NCBI GenBank assembly: GCA_000320545.1
Contig: ADNK01002140.1
Location: 62,001 to 126,000, forward strand
DNA length: 64,000 nucleotides
Direction: 5' to 3'
Source: Bigelowiella natans CCMP2755
Taxonomy: Eukaryota > Protista > Cercozoa
Positions 46,548-58,723 of this stretch are shown piece after piece; within the stretch, counting starts at the first letter, position 1; each line of letters starts with the position of its first letter. Below the pieces are notes generated by a model. It was not told the origin of the DNA. It saw only the letters and a program-made list of their open reading frames with translations, and searched no databases. The position numbers were made by a program, and so were the translations under genes.

Positions 46548-49025
46548 TCAAGCTGCTCCGGTCCCTCCAAAATGTGATGCAGCACGTTGGAACCGCTTTA
46601 GTGTGCTCCTTGTCTCCATAGCAGGATATCGAGAGTCCTTTGGTCTGTAGAAGCTCTTCGACGATTCTTTGCCCGAGGGGGCACGAGAGAGGCGAGCTGA
46701 ACGCCTCTGCCCTGATAGCGTGCTATGGGATGATGATACCAGATTGTTGTAAACACGCGCACCAGTAACATCTGACGTCTCAGTAATTTGATCGCGATTC
46801 CTTTTCTCTTTTGCTGATGGAGGGAAAAAAACACATACAACAACATCCGTGGTCAGTCAGGTATCTCTTGATACCACCATATATCCATTTCAAGGGGAGG
46901 CGATTGATTGATACATGCTACGTGGAGAACAAACAACTACTTCTTCTCACCTATTGGAGCTGCGTCCTCGACAAGCCCTTCCACAGCTTCCCGAACACTC
47001 TTTGCCGTTAATTTAGGCCTGTCGTATCCGGATGCGGCAGCCAATAATATGGGATCATAGGGTACTTGGCCGAATTTATCAAACTCGTTCATCTTCTCGA
47101 GGACATTTTTCAGCCTTCCGCCATATCTAATAATAATACCAACAACATTTCTTCAAGGTATGGCTGTGAGCTGTGATCATCATCAAATGAATAGTTCCTC
47201 ATCATCATCACTTGGCAAAATCAGAAGGCCTCATGACTACCTCTCCACAATACCGCCGCTAAGTACTCTTTCAGTTGTATCTGGAACGTGGCTAAAACGG
47301 TGCATTGTTTCCCACGCATAGTTGAGCAGACCGAGAAATGCTTCTCTCTCGCTCTCCACGCCGTGGGCACTTTTAAGCACGCTGGAGGGGAACTCATTAG
47401 CAATTATGTAGCAACGAGCCACCAGCCAAGCCTAAGTTGTCACACAACCCATACTCTGAGTTAATCTAACATTGATGTTGCGAATATTATTTACCCATAT
47501 CTTGGATCTCGTGGCCTCATCCGCGTTCTGATAATCAAGCAGTGGATATTTTCCGGGCAGAGCCATGTTTTCTAAATCTCCACGAAGATTCTTGAGTTCC
47601 TTTGCCAGGGTCAAGAAGGCTAATGTTGTATGCGCACCATTAACCAGTAAAAGCTTTCTCTTGGAGTAGTAGTTTGCTTGCTCTTGAGTCTCTGTCTTGA
47701 CAACTGCTGGTCCCCCGAAAGGTATAGCAGCAGCAGCGGATTCCTCCCCATCCTTGTCGTCTTTCAGTTGGGAATTTGGGGATGATTCTGGAAGGGAGAG
47801 GTAGAAGTCCCATATTGGATCAAGCCAATTGAATAAATTCTTATGCGCGTTGGGTACTGCTACTATCTCTGGATTATTTTCCCTCCTCTTCTGTTGTTGT
47901 TGTTGTTGTTGTTGCAGTGGAGGCAGGACTACTATCTGGCCACCCCAAGGTTCCGCTTGAACATCCAACGTACCATCAGGATGAATGTCACGTTTGCTAC
48001 ATATTCTATCTACCATGCATGGGACCACGGCAACTTTTCCGCTTAGATCTGCTGCTAGCTGCTCAACAGCTTCATGGTCATTCTCGCACGCAAAAAGCTT
48101 CGGTGGATCCGCACGGACGGGAAGATTCGATAGTAACCGTTTTAGATCAGGAAGTCCCTTGTTAAGGGAACAAGAGAATGATTTCGCTTTGGATGCAAGC
48201 TTCATCACCTCCGCGTTCCCGTTGTCGGATATAATCATGAACGGACCCCCGTGGGTAATCATCTCCACATTTGCCACATCTTCTCCATGTAGCAAACGCA
48301 TTGGGCTAGTAACCTGGATTGATCGAATAACTTATTGCTAAAATTTGCACTTACTGTTGAGACGGGATGCACAACTAACCTGCTCACCGTTGACGTTTAC
48401 CACGACACGGTCTACTCCGTTGTCCACCAGATGCATGAACGACGATGACGGCCGTTGTATCACACCGTAATGCTGCCCGGAGTCCTCAAGAGATTTCATC
48501 ACAAGACCACATCCAAGCTTCCCGGCACCAAAGTGCAAATGAAAGGAATGACTAGAATCCTAGCAGAGTTATTAAGATAACGTCATGCATGGATAAATAT
48601 TTATGCTGACAGACAGGTTCAGCTTTGTCATCCCTGAATATTACCGCGTTGTTAGCATTATCTTTCAAATCAGATCCTGAAGTTGCTGCCTAAATAAGAT
48701 AATCTATAATTAATTTTTAAGTAAATGTCCGGCAGAAGAAGAGTCAGACCTCCATCCTATCCGCTTGCTCTGCTGCAGGATGATAGAATCCAGATGCATA
48801 GCGACTACTTCCGAAAGTTCTCCTGCCAACACCTCTATGCCGATATATGCGACTTGACAGATCGGATCGTAGCTTCCCCAATGCAGGAATGGAGGCACCC
48901 GATGGGTACCAAATGGAAAGGAGAAGGAGAGAGAACAGACTCCTTACCATGCTGTTAGAGGACTTGTTTGAATGGCGACGTTGGCAGATGGGAGTATGTG
49001 TGCAATTACGTAACCCTGAGATCAA
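46548..49025 (-). CDS. Mannitol-1-phosphate dehydrogenase-like protein (algal M1PDH, long-chain mannitol dehydrogenase family), spliced
   Basis: HFGAGKLGCGLV (Rossmann), FACEND, VPCMVDRIC, RKLLLVNGAHTTLAFL, DTTERVLSGG. Both ends approximate. Confidence 0.82.
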
Positions 49026-49619
49026 AAAATTCTGTTGATTTATTCATTGCGACATACATTTAGGACGTGATTTCCATTGATTTGATCATTTATCCAGCTT
49101 TTCATGAGCAAAATATTCTGTTGACGGTCTGAAAAAACTTCCAGGTTTAAAAGAATATTAAATTTCGTACACTCTTAAAAACTATAGTTTTATTTTGTTG
49201 TACGACAATAAATTTACAAATAAATATACCTAGATTATAATTAGAGCTTACGAGAAAACTAGCATTTTGATCTTAAAAACTTTCCTGTGTTGCATTTGGA
49301 CGAGAAATAGTCTTCCCGAAACCAAAGTACATCATGGTTTTCTTGAATCGTTAATGCTTATTTAAGCTTAGAAAGATCCCACAAATCAAAATAATCTCGA
49401 AAAGTCGACCTTTACCCATTGAAAACAAAGAACATGGGCAATTTTTATGAGTTTATTGGCGATCACTCCATAAGCGGAAGTTGTTCATCTGTCTGAACAT
49501 GTTATTGACGAATTTTAGGTAAAATGGCCAATTTCAAGTCTATTAGGAGTCTTTGAAACCAAAAGAAATATCTTCAATATCTGGTGTATTTTCGATGAAA
49601 TCTCCAATGGCAGCACTGC

Positions 49620-51041
49620 ACCCTCTCAGTGGCCTTGTGGACACAGTCACGTGACCAGTGGGCAATGCAAAAAAGGAATGGCATTCATGATTGACGACTT
49701 GTGGGGATGATGAAAGTGTCCGACGTGCTAGCGTGTCCGAATGTGTCCGAAGATCTGGGACTTAGCGATGCCGGTGTTGTTCAAAGTGTTGAACCACCTC
49801 ATCGACTCATCGTTGTGCTCACTTCAATGCCATGAGAACTCAATTGTTCTCCGGCGTCAGAGCAGCTCTCGGCCCTGCTAGCCTGCATCTCCTGCTTCCT
49901 CTTCGTTTTTTGATGCCCCTGACTCTGTCAAGACCAGAGTCTTGCTCGGCGCCAACTCGGTTGTCCCCAACGTTGATCTCCGTGTGGGCGTGGCTGTCAG
50001 GAAGTTCCTGCTCAGGATGGATGCTTTGCGTCGTTGTCACTTGGCTTCTGGTTGTGATGCATTCCATGTTCAGTTCGTGCCAATTTGCACGAACCCCGCC
50101 AGTTTGCTGGTCAGTCCTCACTGAAGCCAGTTCGAGGCACTGCGCACAATTCGCCAGAGAGCCGTAGGCTCTCAGTCGCACACTGCAAGTGTCTTGCAAC
50201 GTTTTGGAAATGCAGTTCATCATCATTGTTCATTGTTCATTGTTCCAGAAGAAGAACTGGAAGAACTGCTGCAGCATGCCTCGCTCATTGGATGCCTGTG
50301 TCATCACGCAGACCTGCACAGCGTGTGTGTGATTCCGTCCTTTCTCCTGAGCGGGGAGGTGTGTCAATCCTGATGATGCAGTGATGGAAAGGACAAGAAG
50401 AGGAAGAGAGATGGGCTGAAGAACAAATGCTGGGCAGAGAATCCAGACTCCTCCAGCACACGCTCTCCAACTTCAAACTCAAAATCAGCACAAGCAAGCG
50501 AAGTTTCATCGTCAACGGCAAGTGGAGCTTTGTCACAGTCATTGTCAACAGCCAATCACCATCAATTTGCACCTTGCGGTCCGAACGTTCAACGACAGGG
50601 GCATCCTCATCACAATCACACCACGGGCGTTCAACCTGACTCCCAAATTTCAACGGACCAACGCCTGCTTCGTCCATTGAACCCTCGCAGCATGCACACA
50701 ATGGTCTTGGACCTCGAGCACTCACAGCTAGCAGCATCAGTGGCATGTTCGTCCAGTGTTGTCAACAACAACCAGTTGCACACGCTCTGATGAGTTGTCT
50801 AGTTTTGTTGCACGTGCACACAGCACCTTTGCAACTCAATTCATCAGTTGACATCACATCAGCAAACGACGTTCACCACGCGCACATGCCAACATGCATG
50901 CATCATGCACTCAACAGCTGGTGAATGTGCCCGCAGCTTATAGACTGTGATTGGTGTTGACAGAAATGCATGGTGAAGAAGCATGTGCATGTCTCGCGTT
51001 CACAGCATCGCAGCAATTCATCACTTATTGTTGAGCGTCGT
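49620..51041. mobile_element. 1.42-kb TpA-depleted insertion flanked by an 8-10 bp direct repeat (island C)
   Basis: AGCACTGC at 49612-49619 and 51042-51049; hand count 9 TA in 1420 nt against TA-rich flanks; no intact ORF. Confidence 0.7.
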
Positions 51042-51087
51042 AGCACTGCGATGCTTCATGTACAAGAATTAGAACATATTGTGCACA

Positions 51088-52093
51088 TCATGTACAAGAT
51101 TTAGAACATATTGTTGCCAATATCTGATCAGCTTCTTTGTCCTTCGGCATGGGGTTCTTAATTATGCTTTGCGTCATTCCTTCATTCACCAATCGCTTTT
51201 CATACTCTGCCAACTTGCTAATGTATGCGTATGGATACACCTGAATTGTGGTTCAGAATAAACTTGTCAATCACAAGGTATAGCTCAGGTAATATATATG
51301 TCTAAATTTGCTTTTTCATTTGCATCACTATATGTGTGGATGCAACCGATCGTTTTTTGCGTAGTTCTTTCAATGTCCTTTCCAAATTCCAGGACTTGGA
51401 TTTCATGAGCCAGGCAATTACTATGGAGGCCGATCTGAACAAATTATCATATTTAAATAATTTACGAATGTTGTGTATGTCTTTTACCTGTTGATTCCAA
51501 CATGGCAATGTACTAATACCTGAAAACGAAGCTGAAGTTACTCAATTAACATTAGATTCCACGAAGCACATATACCTTCCCTCCCGATTTAATCGAGTCT
51601 TCGATGAATCCAAAACAGGTGCTTAAATGCTGAAATAATGTTCCATCACAACATAGCAGAATATTGCACATAACTATTACTTTTTCGTCGAGAGCGGTAT
51701 GCCCTCCGTCTTTCATCGGCACCTTGAGAACTTTTGTTTTATGTAGTTTTTCGTCTGGACTGGTGAATAGAGTTGAAATTTTACATACGAATTGATTAAG
51801 AATGAATAAGATATGTTCTCTACCTGTAGTGAATTCGATCGCTGACGTCCAAAACGTGGGTTATTCCAAGGAGTGTGTAGGCGTCCTCATTTCCAAGCAC
51901 AATCTGCAAGCAGGGCAAGAGTTAAGCAGGGCAAGAGTTATGAAGCTTCCGTCAAATGAATAAGATATTCGTACGAAATGACCTTCTTGGCAGCTTTACA
52001 ATCGCCTAGCCATATTTGCTTTGTGATCTCATTGCATCCTTCCAGGCTCCTAGATCCTTCAAGGAGTTCGGAACGGCTCGACCGGATGCCCAT
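51088..52093 (-). CDS. Atypical dual-specificity protein phosphatase (spliced)
   Basis: NEITKQIWLGD, LGITHVLDVS, CFGFIEDSIKSGGK/VLVHCHVGINR/SASIVIAWLMKSKSWNLERTLKELRKKR (HCxxGxxRS). N-terminal MG. Confidence 0.9.
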
Positions 52094-52128
52094 TGTTGTG
52101 TTCTCAATGATTGATTGATTATAACAGA

Positions 52129-52251
52129 ATCCTTTTTATTGGTGCGACATCATGACTATCATATCGCAGGAGTGAAACAGATAGGTTTATTATAATGATC
52201 CTTTTTCCAAATGCGACATGATAAATAGGATGTCGCAGGTGTAAAAAGGAT
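52129..52251. promoter_or_regulatory. Duplicated palindromic unit in the bidirectional DSP/SLC25 promoter
   Basis: atccttttt..tgcgacat..atatcgca-ggagt-gaaacagat followed by atccttttt..tgcgacat..atgtcgca-ggtgt-aaaaggat. Confidence 0.5.
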
Positions 52252-52374
52252 GAATCCTAGCAGTACTAGGAGACCTAACATAATAATGGGGTTGATAAGG
52301 ACCTCCGACCTGCCACCCGAGTAGGACTGTAAGATTCTGAACGGAAATAAGGCGGAGGAACGTAGATTACCACA

Positions 52375-53916
52375 ATGCCACAAATGGCCCCAACTGGCCC
52401 TCATGGGGCAACGAATCGGGCATTGATTGACGCCATTCGTGAATGGGAAGAGAATACAAAAGACTTCGGCGCAGAACGGGAAGCAATAGAAGCGGTTCTT
52501 TTTCTTAAATCCTTACCACTATTGTGATCATGTTTAGCCATAATAATCTAACGTGCATAATTGGAAAGAAAATGAAAGAGGAGATCCAAGGCCAGGAAGT
52601 ACAAGAAGAGGCAGAATCCTTCCAGTACAACAGGCACCTTCTGGCTGGTATCGTTCTACCTCAACACGTAATGCTTACTGCTCGCTCATTATGATATATC
52701 CTTCAGGTGGTATTGCAGGTCTTATTGCTGACGCTACTTTACAGCCCTTCGACTTTGTTCGAACCCGGCATCAAATAAGTAAAACCGCGAATGAAGGTGC
52801 TGCTGCTTTTCTAAATCGTCAAATCATCAATTTCTACAAATACAATGACACGTGTTATTGCATACCACAACGGCAGGAATCATACACTCCTTACGATCTA
52901 CATATCGCCAATATGGTCTTTCTTACCTCTACAAAGGATTCGGGTGATTGTCACTTATATGATAAATATGCATCCACATATTTCTTGTGCTTTCATCGTT
53001 TCAATCCTTCTTGCTGCTGCTTCTAATACCAAAGGCAACAACACCAACAGCAACTACTACTACTAGTCCTTCTCCTCCTCCTCCTCCTCCTCCTCCTAAT
53101 ACTACTACTACTACTACTACTGATAAATATAATGAATTAACGATGCAATAAGTAATACTCTTCTTCTTTGCACGTATTCGCTCACTCTCCTTCATGCACG
53201 CTTGCATATTTCTATTATTTCCCCCATCTTCTCACTTTCTCACTCACATGCATAACAAACAGTGCTGTAGCTGTTGGAAGCCCAATATCCAACTCGCTTT
53301 ACTACGCTGGCTACGGTAAGTGTACACAAGTGATGCTGGTAGGAACTGCTGCCACCACTACCCGATAACGATGTCAATATTCACTTAGATTTCGCGAAAT
53401 CAGCATTGACAAGAAATAAAATATGGTTTGGCAATGTGAAGTACACGTAGAATCTATCAATCTTTCCGTTCGTGCGTCAATAGTTCCTAAAGTCTCAACA
53501 CATATAAAAGCAACACACGATGCGCGAGCATTTACCGCACGCCAACATGCTACTTACACATGAATGTACAACGTCCTTTTCATCGAGGCGGCAACAATAA
53601 ACCAATCGCTGATAATGGATAACTATCAGCACTGAAGAGCAATACCCAGTCTTAAACCACTCCGTTTCAGGTCTCTCGTCACAACTTGTTTCCTTATTAA
53701 ATTTGGTGACGTTATCTGTGGATTTTATGCATGCTCTCGAAGTCGATAATTCCGGAATAATCTCAAATGCTTCATGATAATTTTAATGTAGGACTTGCAG
53801 CCATAATGTTATCTGGGCTCGTTATGGTGCCAGGTTAGCAATTCATTCGTGTCTTCATCTTGAAAGAAAAGTGCGCATCATAGGGATATTATACACACAC
53901 ACACACACACACACAT

Positions 53917-53978
<62 letters not shown>

Positions 53979-54392
53979 GCGTTAATGAGACAAAGGCGGA
54001 TGAGGCCACGTATTATTGTCACCGCTTTACCACACAGGCGACATTGTGGTGCAACGTGCCCAAGCTACTATCGACAAGGACAACGGAGCTCTCAGGTCAG
54101 CAGAACAAGTAGCGAGGCGAATGCAGTTGTAGTGATGAGCGTGTGAGCATAGTTTTTATACGGGTGACACTGTTTGGTGAATTGTTGTAGGGTATTCAAG
54201 TCCGTTCTTAAGGAAGAAGGAATCAGGTCTGATGTTCAACAATGAAGATTATTATCGTTTATCCACCACTCATTTCTTCTTCTTCTTCTTCTTCTGCTGC
54301 TGCTGCTTTATATTTGATCATAGAGGATTTTACAAAAATTACTGGGTCTCCATAGGTCACGAGAAAACGGAAGAACGTGGATGACGTTTCCT

Positions 54393-54437
<45 letters not shown>

Positions 54438-54534
54438 CCTCTTTGTATTCCTCTTCCCACCCCCCTCTCTATCTGTATGTATGGTGTAAGTCTGTTGGTG
54501 AGGGGTGAATTCGTTCTCGCTTTCTGTCCTACCT

Positions 54535-54576
<42 letters not shown>

Positions 54577-54924
54577 TTTAAGGTGTATGGGGACCATACT
54601 GCAGCATGTATTTCGCTGTTTACGAATACCTTAAAGCTAAGATCGGCATTGTAAGTTTGAAATTATTTTTTGTCTATTCTTTTTTAATACATGCACCCTC
54701 GGTAGACGAATCATCATCATCATAATAATCATCATCATCTTTTGCAGTAGAAGCAACAACAATAACAATAACATCAACAACGACCTTTCCTTTCCTTCCC
54801 TTCTGCTGCTACACAGAATGCCCATGAAGAGCAGTTGGGCTTGAAATATTTCCTCTGCAGTGCTACAGCAGGTGCATACAACATGAAATGGTGGAATATA
54901 CACGTTGTTGAGCATAGATATCAG

Positions 54925-54975
<51 letters not shown>

Positions 54976-55553
54976 GAGTGTGTTTCTTCTCACATAATAC
55001 ATGCCCTTCCCAGGAACTGTTGGCGCTACGATAACAAATCCTCTGGATGTAGTCCGTGTACGCAGCATGGTATGATATCAACGACGCTACACATGCATGC
55101 TATAATTAATATCCTGGACGATGCAGTCAAGATATACCAATCTCTTTGTTGTTATTATTCACACACTATTGTGTTGCCAGGTGGTGGGTGAGGGAGGCTT
55201 GGACGCATCACGCTTTCGATACGCTGGGATCCGATCTGCATTTATAGATATTGTACCTCCCCCATTTCGAAGAATGACCACATCGGATAATTCAGTATTG
55301 ACTGTTATGTGTATTTTCATTTTGTAATACATTACTACTTTTTCCAGATTAGAAACGAAGGGATTTTAGCTTTGGGGAAAGGCTTGAAAGCACGCATTCT
55401 TTGGTAGTAGGGATATTTTGTTCTAATCTCTTGTATCAGCAACGGGGTTGTTCTTCACTCATATCCCAAATTTCTAGGTATGTAGCGAATGACGCAATAG
55501 GAATGACAATGTATGAAAAATTGAAACACTATCTCGGAGCAATCCAACGGTAA
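52375..55553 (+). CDS. Mitochondrial carrier family (SLC25) protein, spliced
   Basis: Three carrier repeats: GGIAGLIADATLQPFDFVRTRHQ; MVP/GDIVVQRAQ...EEGIR/GFYK; TNPLDVVRTQHQ...NEGILALGKGLKARIL. Confidence 0.9.
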
Positions 55554-56521
55554 ATTATAAGGTTCAAACCGAGTTGAGATGTGAATACATAACCCAATGT
55601 TCGCAGCTGCTAGAATTCAAATCTAGCCAAAAAACAATCCACGGCGTAAAAACTACCTTCTCTCATGGGATCGATTAACCAAAATCGCCGCTCATGTAGA
55701 AAGGGCCGAATTGCAATGTTTTAAGCATTGGACTCCAGACAGTACATTATTCGCTGTGCATCGTACATAGTGCGGACAATAGAAATCATGCAACTGTATG
55801 ACACATCATGTGAGGCACACATAGGATACTGTAGTCGATTATACACAAGCACAGTTGCACACGCCTCTTAGTCAGACAGGGTCTGCAGTACTACGGTTCT
55901 AGTGATTCCTACGACTAACGCTTTCGACTCATTGTGCGCCAAGGCCACCACATCCTGTCGTAGGCTCCATTTATATGTCGACGTACAGCCATGGCCTACG
56001 AAAATGAATGATGACAAATCCGCGCTGCGCTGCTTACTTTAATTTCGTACTACGATACGCGTGGATCGTGTCGTATGAAACGATGTCCTACGGATCATCG
56101 CAGCAGCTAGCAGGTTACGTGTGCAAGCGTGACCATGAAGCGCAATTATTGCATGTACGTACGTCACAGTTTTCCCATGCTTTTTAAGTCATATATGGCA
56201 AGTGGTGCCAGCACGTACTTACACACGCGTAATCGTGTGTCGCTACGTTGTCGCTACATATGCCTGACCATGCTGCCTTTCGCTGACAGCTGTCTGTATG
56301 CAACGTGTTACGGTGCCGACAGCTGTCATAGCTCACGTAACGTGCCATAGCACACACGATGATAGACATGCAGCCACAGCACAAGCTCGATCAGGAAGCT
56401 GTATGCGCGTGAGTATAGTTGACAGGTACATAAACATTATGCAAATTTTGACACTAGATCGATTTATTACCCGACAACAGATACATATAGAATCAAATAC
56501 CTTCTTGGCCGAATATCGTAA

Positions 56522-57970
56522 TCATGTTCGATCCGATTTATCTTGAACAGAAGTCGCATCCAGAGATAGAGAAGCCCACTCGGCTGGATCACTTTTTTCT
56601 AACATGATCACTAAATTGGAAACACTGCTATTTCTCTCGTCGTTCGTTATGTACCACGTTGAGTCATCGGTGGAAATAGGTGCATAAAGATCTCTTGCAA
56701 TCCACATTTCACCACATTTAAGGACACAGAGTTTTTGCCGCCATATATGAACGTCAATATGGATCTTACTTAAGCCTGAAGGTATGGGCGCGCTGATTTC
56801 GACGGTTTCCCAATTTTGTTTCCACCGAAATTGACCAATTCTACCCTGAAGAAGCGGCCTATCTTCTTGCTTAGCATCCGAGGGCGAAGTAATAGTGACA
56901 CTGCTGCTACTCAAACCATACGTCTGCTGCTGAGAATACATTCCGTGTTGTATATAACCTTTACGCCTCTTTAAGTTATGATCCTTTGCTCTTCTCATCC
57001 ATTTTGAATGTGAAGAGCAGTCTCGGAGAGTAAAGTTCAGCCTCTGGAATTTGTGTCGCTTATCATCGTCAAAAACACGAGTAACAAAAGCGTCCCCTAG
57101 TACCTCGATGAGCACTCCGCAAGATATTGCCAGCTGAGTTGCTCTCTGATTTACTCTCAGTTCCTTCGCTTGGCCTAAATCATCTGCATAAAGAGTAACA
57201 CCAACATATTCTGATCGATTCGAGGGTAATTCCAACAGGTGGAGTTCAGAGGGTTGGCTGCCCTGAAGTACATCCAACATGTTGGTAGTTACTGGGGGTA
57301 GTTTCTGCCCAGTTTCTTTAGCTTTCTCCTTCAAGGTGCTCAGGACAATCTGACTGTGATTTTGGTCCCGGCCGGTTGGAAATTGCTTAAACGCATAGTA
57401 TCGTGTTACCGCATCCATAAATCTGTCTCTGAAGAGAGTTCCATTATTCGACAGCTTGCCTCTTCCCCATAGCTCCTGCATTGGCTCTGAAGGATCTTCT
57501 GGAATGAGTACAAAGCAATACTTCGTGTCTACATCTTGCTTTCCCCCGGTAGGACCTGGTGCTATATCCAAACCCATTCGCGCCACGATACGTTCTTCTT
57601 CCGTTCTACTTCTGCTGTTGAAAAACGTCGAGGTTCCCCCTCTCAATACCGTGAATTTAAGTGGACGGTAACTTCGACTTGGAGAAAGAAGTGCCTTGGC
57701 TTCTGTTTTTGGATAGATATAGCTAGGATATTTTACAGTTCCCTTGTCGCCGAAGAAATTTATCAACGAGAAGCTGCTATTGCTGGTAGTGCTACAACAT
57801 CTGTTGGGATTGAGGCAGCGGTGGTTAATGCTGGTGCTGTGGCTGCGGGGCCCAGTGATAGTACAAGTGCTTCTGGAAATGTTCAAATTTCTAGGAGTGA
57901 TTTCCTTATTAGCCTGCGAGGAACAAACCCAGACTACCACGATGGAAAAGACGATGATGGCCTGTAGCAA
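56522..57970 (-). CDS. CS (p23/NudC)-domain protein with N-terminal signal + transit-like peptide, intronless
   Basis: C-terminal FRWKQNWETVEISAPIP...DLYAPISTDDSTWYI...LVIMLEK...EWASL; hydrophobic N-terminus and an S/T/R-rich segment ending in LRGG. Confidence 0.8.
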   Translation of the reverse strand: MLQAIIVFSIVVVWVCSSQANKEITPRNLNISRSTCTITGPRSHSTSINHRCLNPNRCCSTTSNSSFSLINFFGDKGTVKYPSYIYPKTEAKALLSPSRSYRPLKFTVLRGGTSTFFNSRSRTEEERIVARMGLDIAPGPTGGKQDVDTKYCFVLIPEDPSEPMQELWGRGKLSNNGTLFRDRFMDAVTRYYAFKQFPTGRDQNHSQIVLSTLKEKAKETGQKLPPVTTNMLDVLQGSQPSELHLLELPSNRSEYVGVTLYADDLGQAKELRVNQRATQLAISCGVLIEVLGDAFVTRVFDDDKRHKFQRLNFTLRDCSSHSKWMRRAKDHNLKRRKGYIQHGMYSQQQTYGLSSSSVTITSPSDAKQEDRPLLQGRIGQFRWKQNWETVEISAPIPSGLSKIHIDVHIWRQKLCVLKCGEMWIARDLYAPISTDDSTWYITNDERNSSVSNLVIMLEKSDPAEWASLSLDATSVQDKSDRT

Positions 57971-58723
57971 TGTGTAGATCAGGATTTAAATTCGTTTTCG
58001 TTCGCAGTTGATTACTTTTAAGAATGTGCCACCTTGCTCCACAAAGGACGGGATCGATCACGAAACCGTCTCTGCCTAACAGGGAAGACTGTTGCCGTCT
58101 CAGCATTTGGCATGAGGCATGCGTGGAGCGATCAGCAGGACTCCTTCCTTCATTCCTTAGTTCTCCAACTGATCGATTGTGATCATCGTCTCCATCATCA
58201 TGGGTTTTCGTCCAAAAGCTGAGAATAATAATACCTAAAAATACCTAATATTATTACCTAATATTATTACCTAGTAATAATCATAATAATCATGTCATTC
58301 TAAGACCGACCGACGAATACAGTAAGATGTTCTCAGCCTCCCTTATTTTCCAAATGAGATATGTGCTCCTATCATGCTAATTTCAACAACAATAAATATG
58401 AGATCAATGTGTTGAATTTTAGCAGGAATTAATGCGTTAAATATCGATACGACGCGTGTATTCAGAGCAGATCACGTTGCAACAACTACAACAACTGCAA
58501 CAACTACAACAGATCGATCAGAAGACCATAACGACAGGGCGCCATTCGGAAGAAGTGGGTGCTGGGAGAGCAGCTACGACAGGTTGCCACGCCTTTCCTG
58601 TGGGAGGAGAGGAAAAGCAGTCTAACCTCGAACCCTTTTCATTCCTGTCACCCTGTTCGCATCTTTGCTACAGATCCTTCTGCTGGGGACAACGCACGCC
58701 CTGCGACTTCCCCCCTCTTGATA

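Noticed and set aside
49620-51041. CpG-methylation decay or fungal RIP as the explanation for the TG/CA excess
   Set aside because: CG is abundant in the islands and TA, the product of RIP, is the missing dinucleotide.
58225-58290. Short tandem repeat (taatattattacc) in a divergent gap; likewise the 16-nt duplication at about 51909-51940
   Set aside because: Simple local slippage duplications; no spacers and not CRISPR-like.
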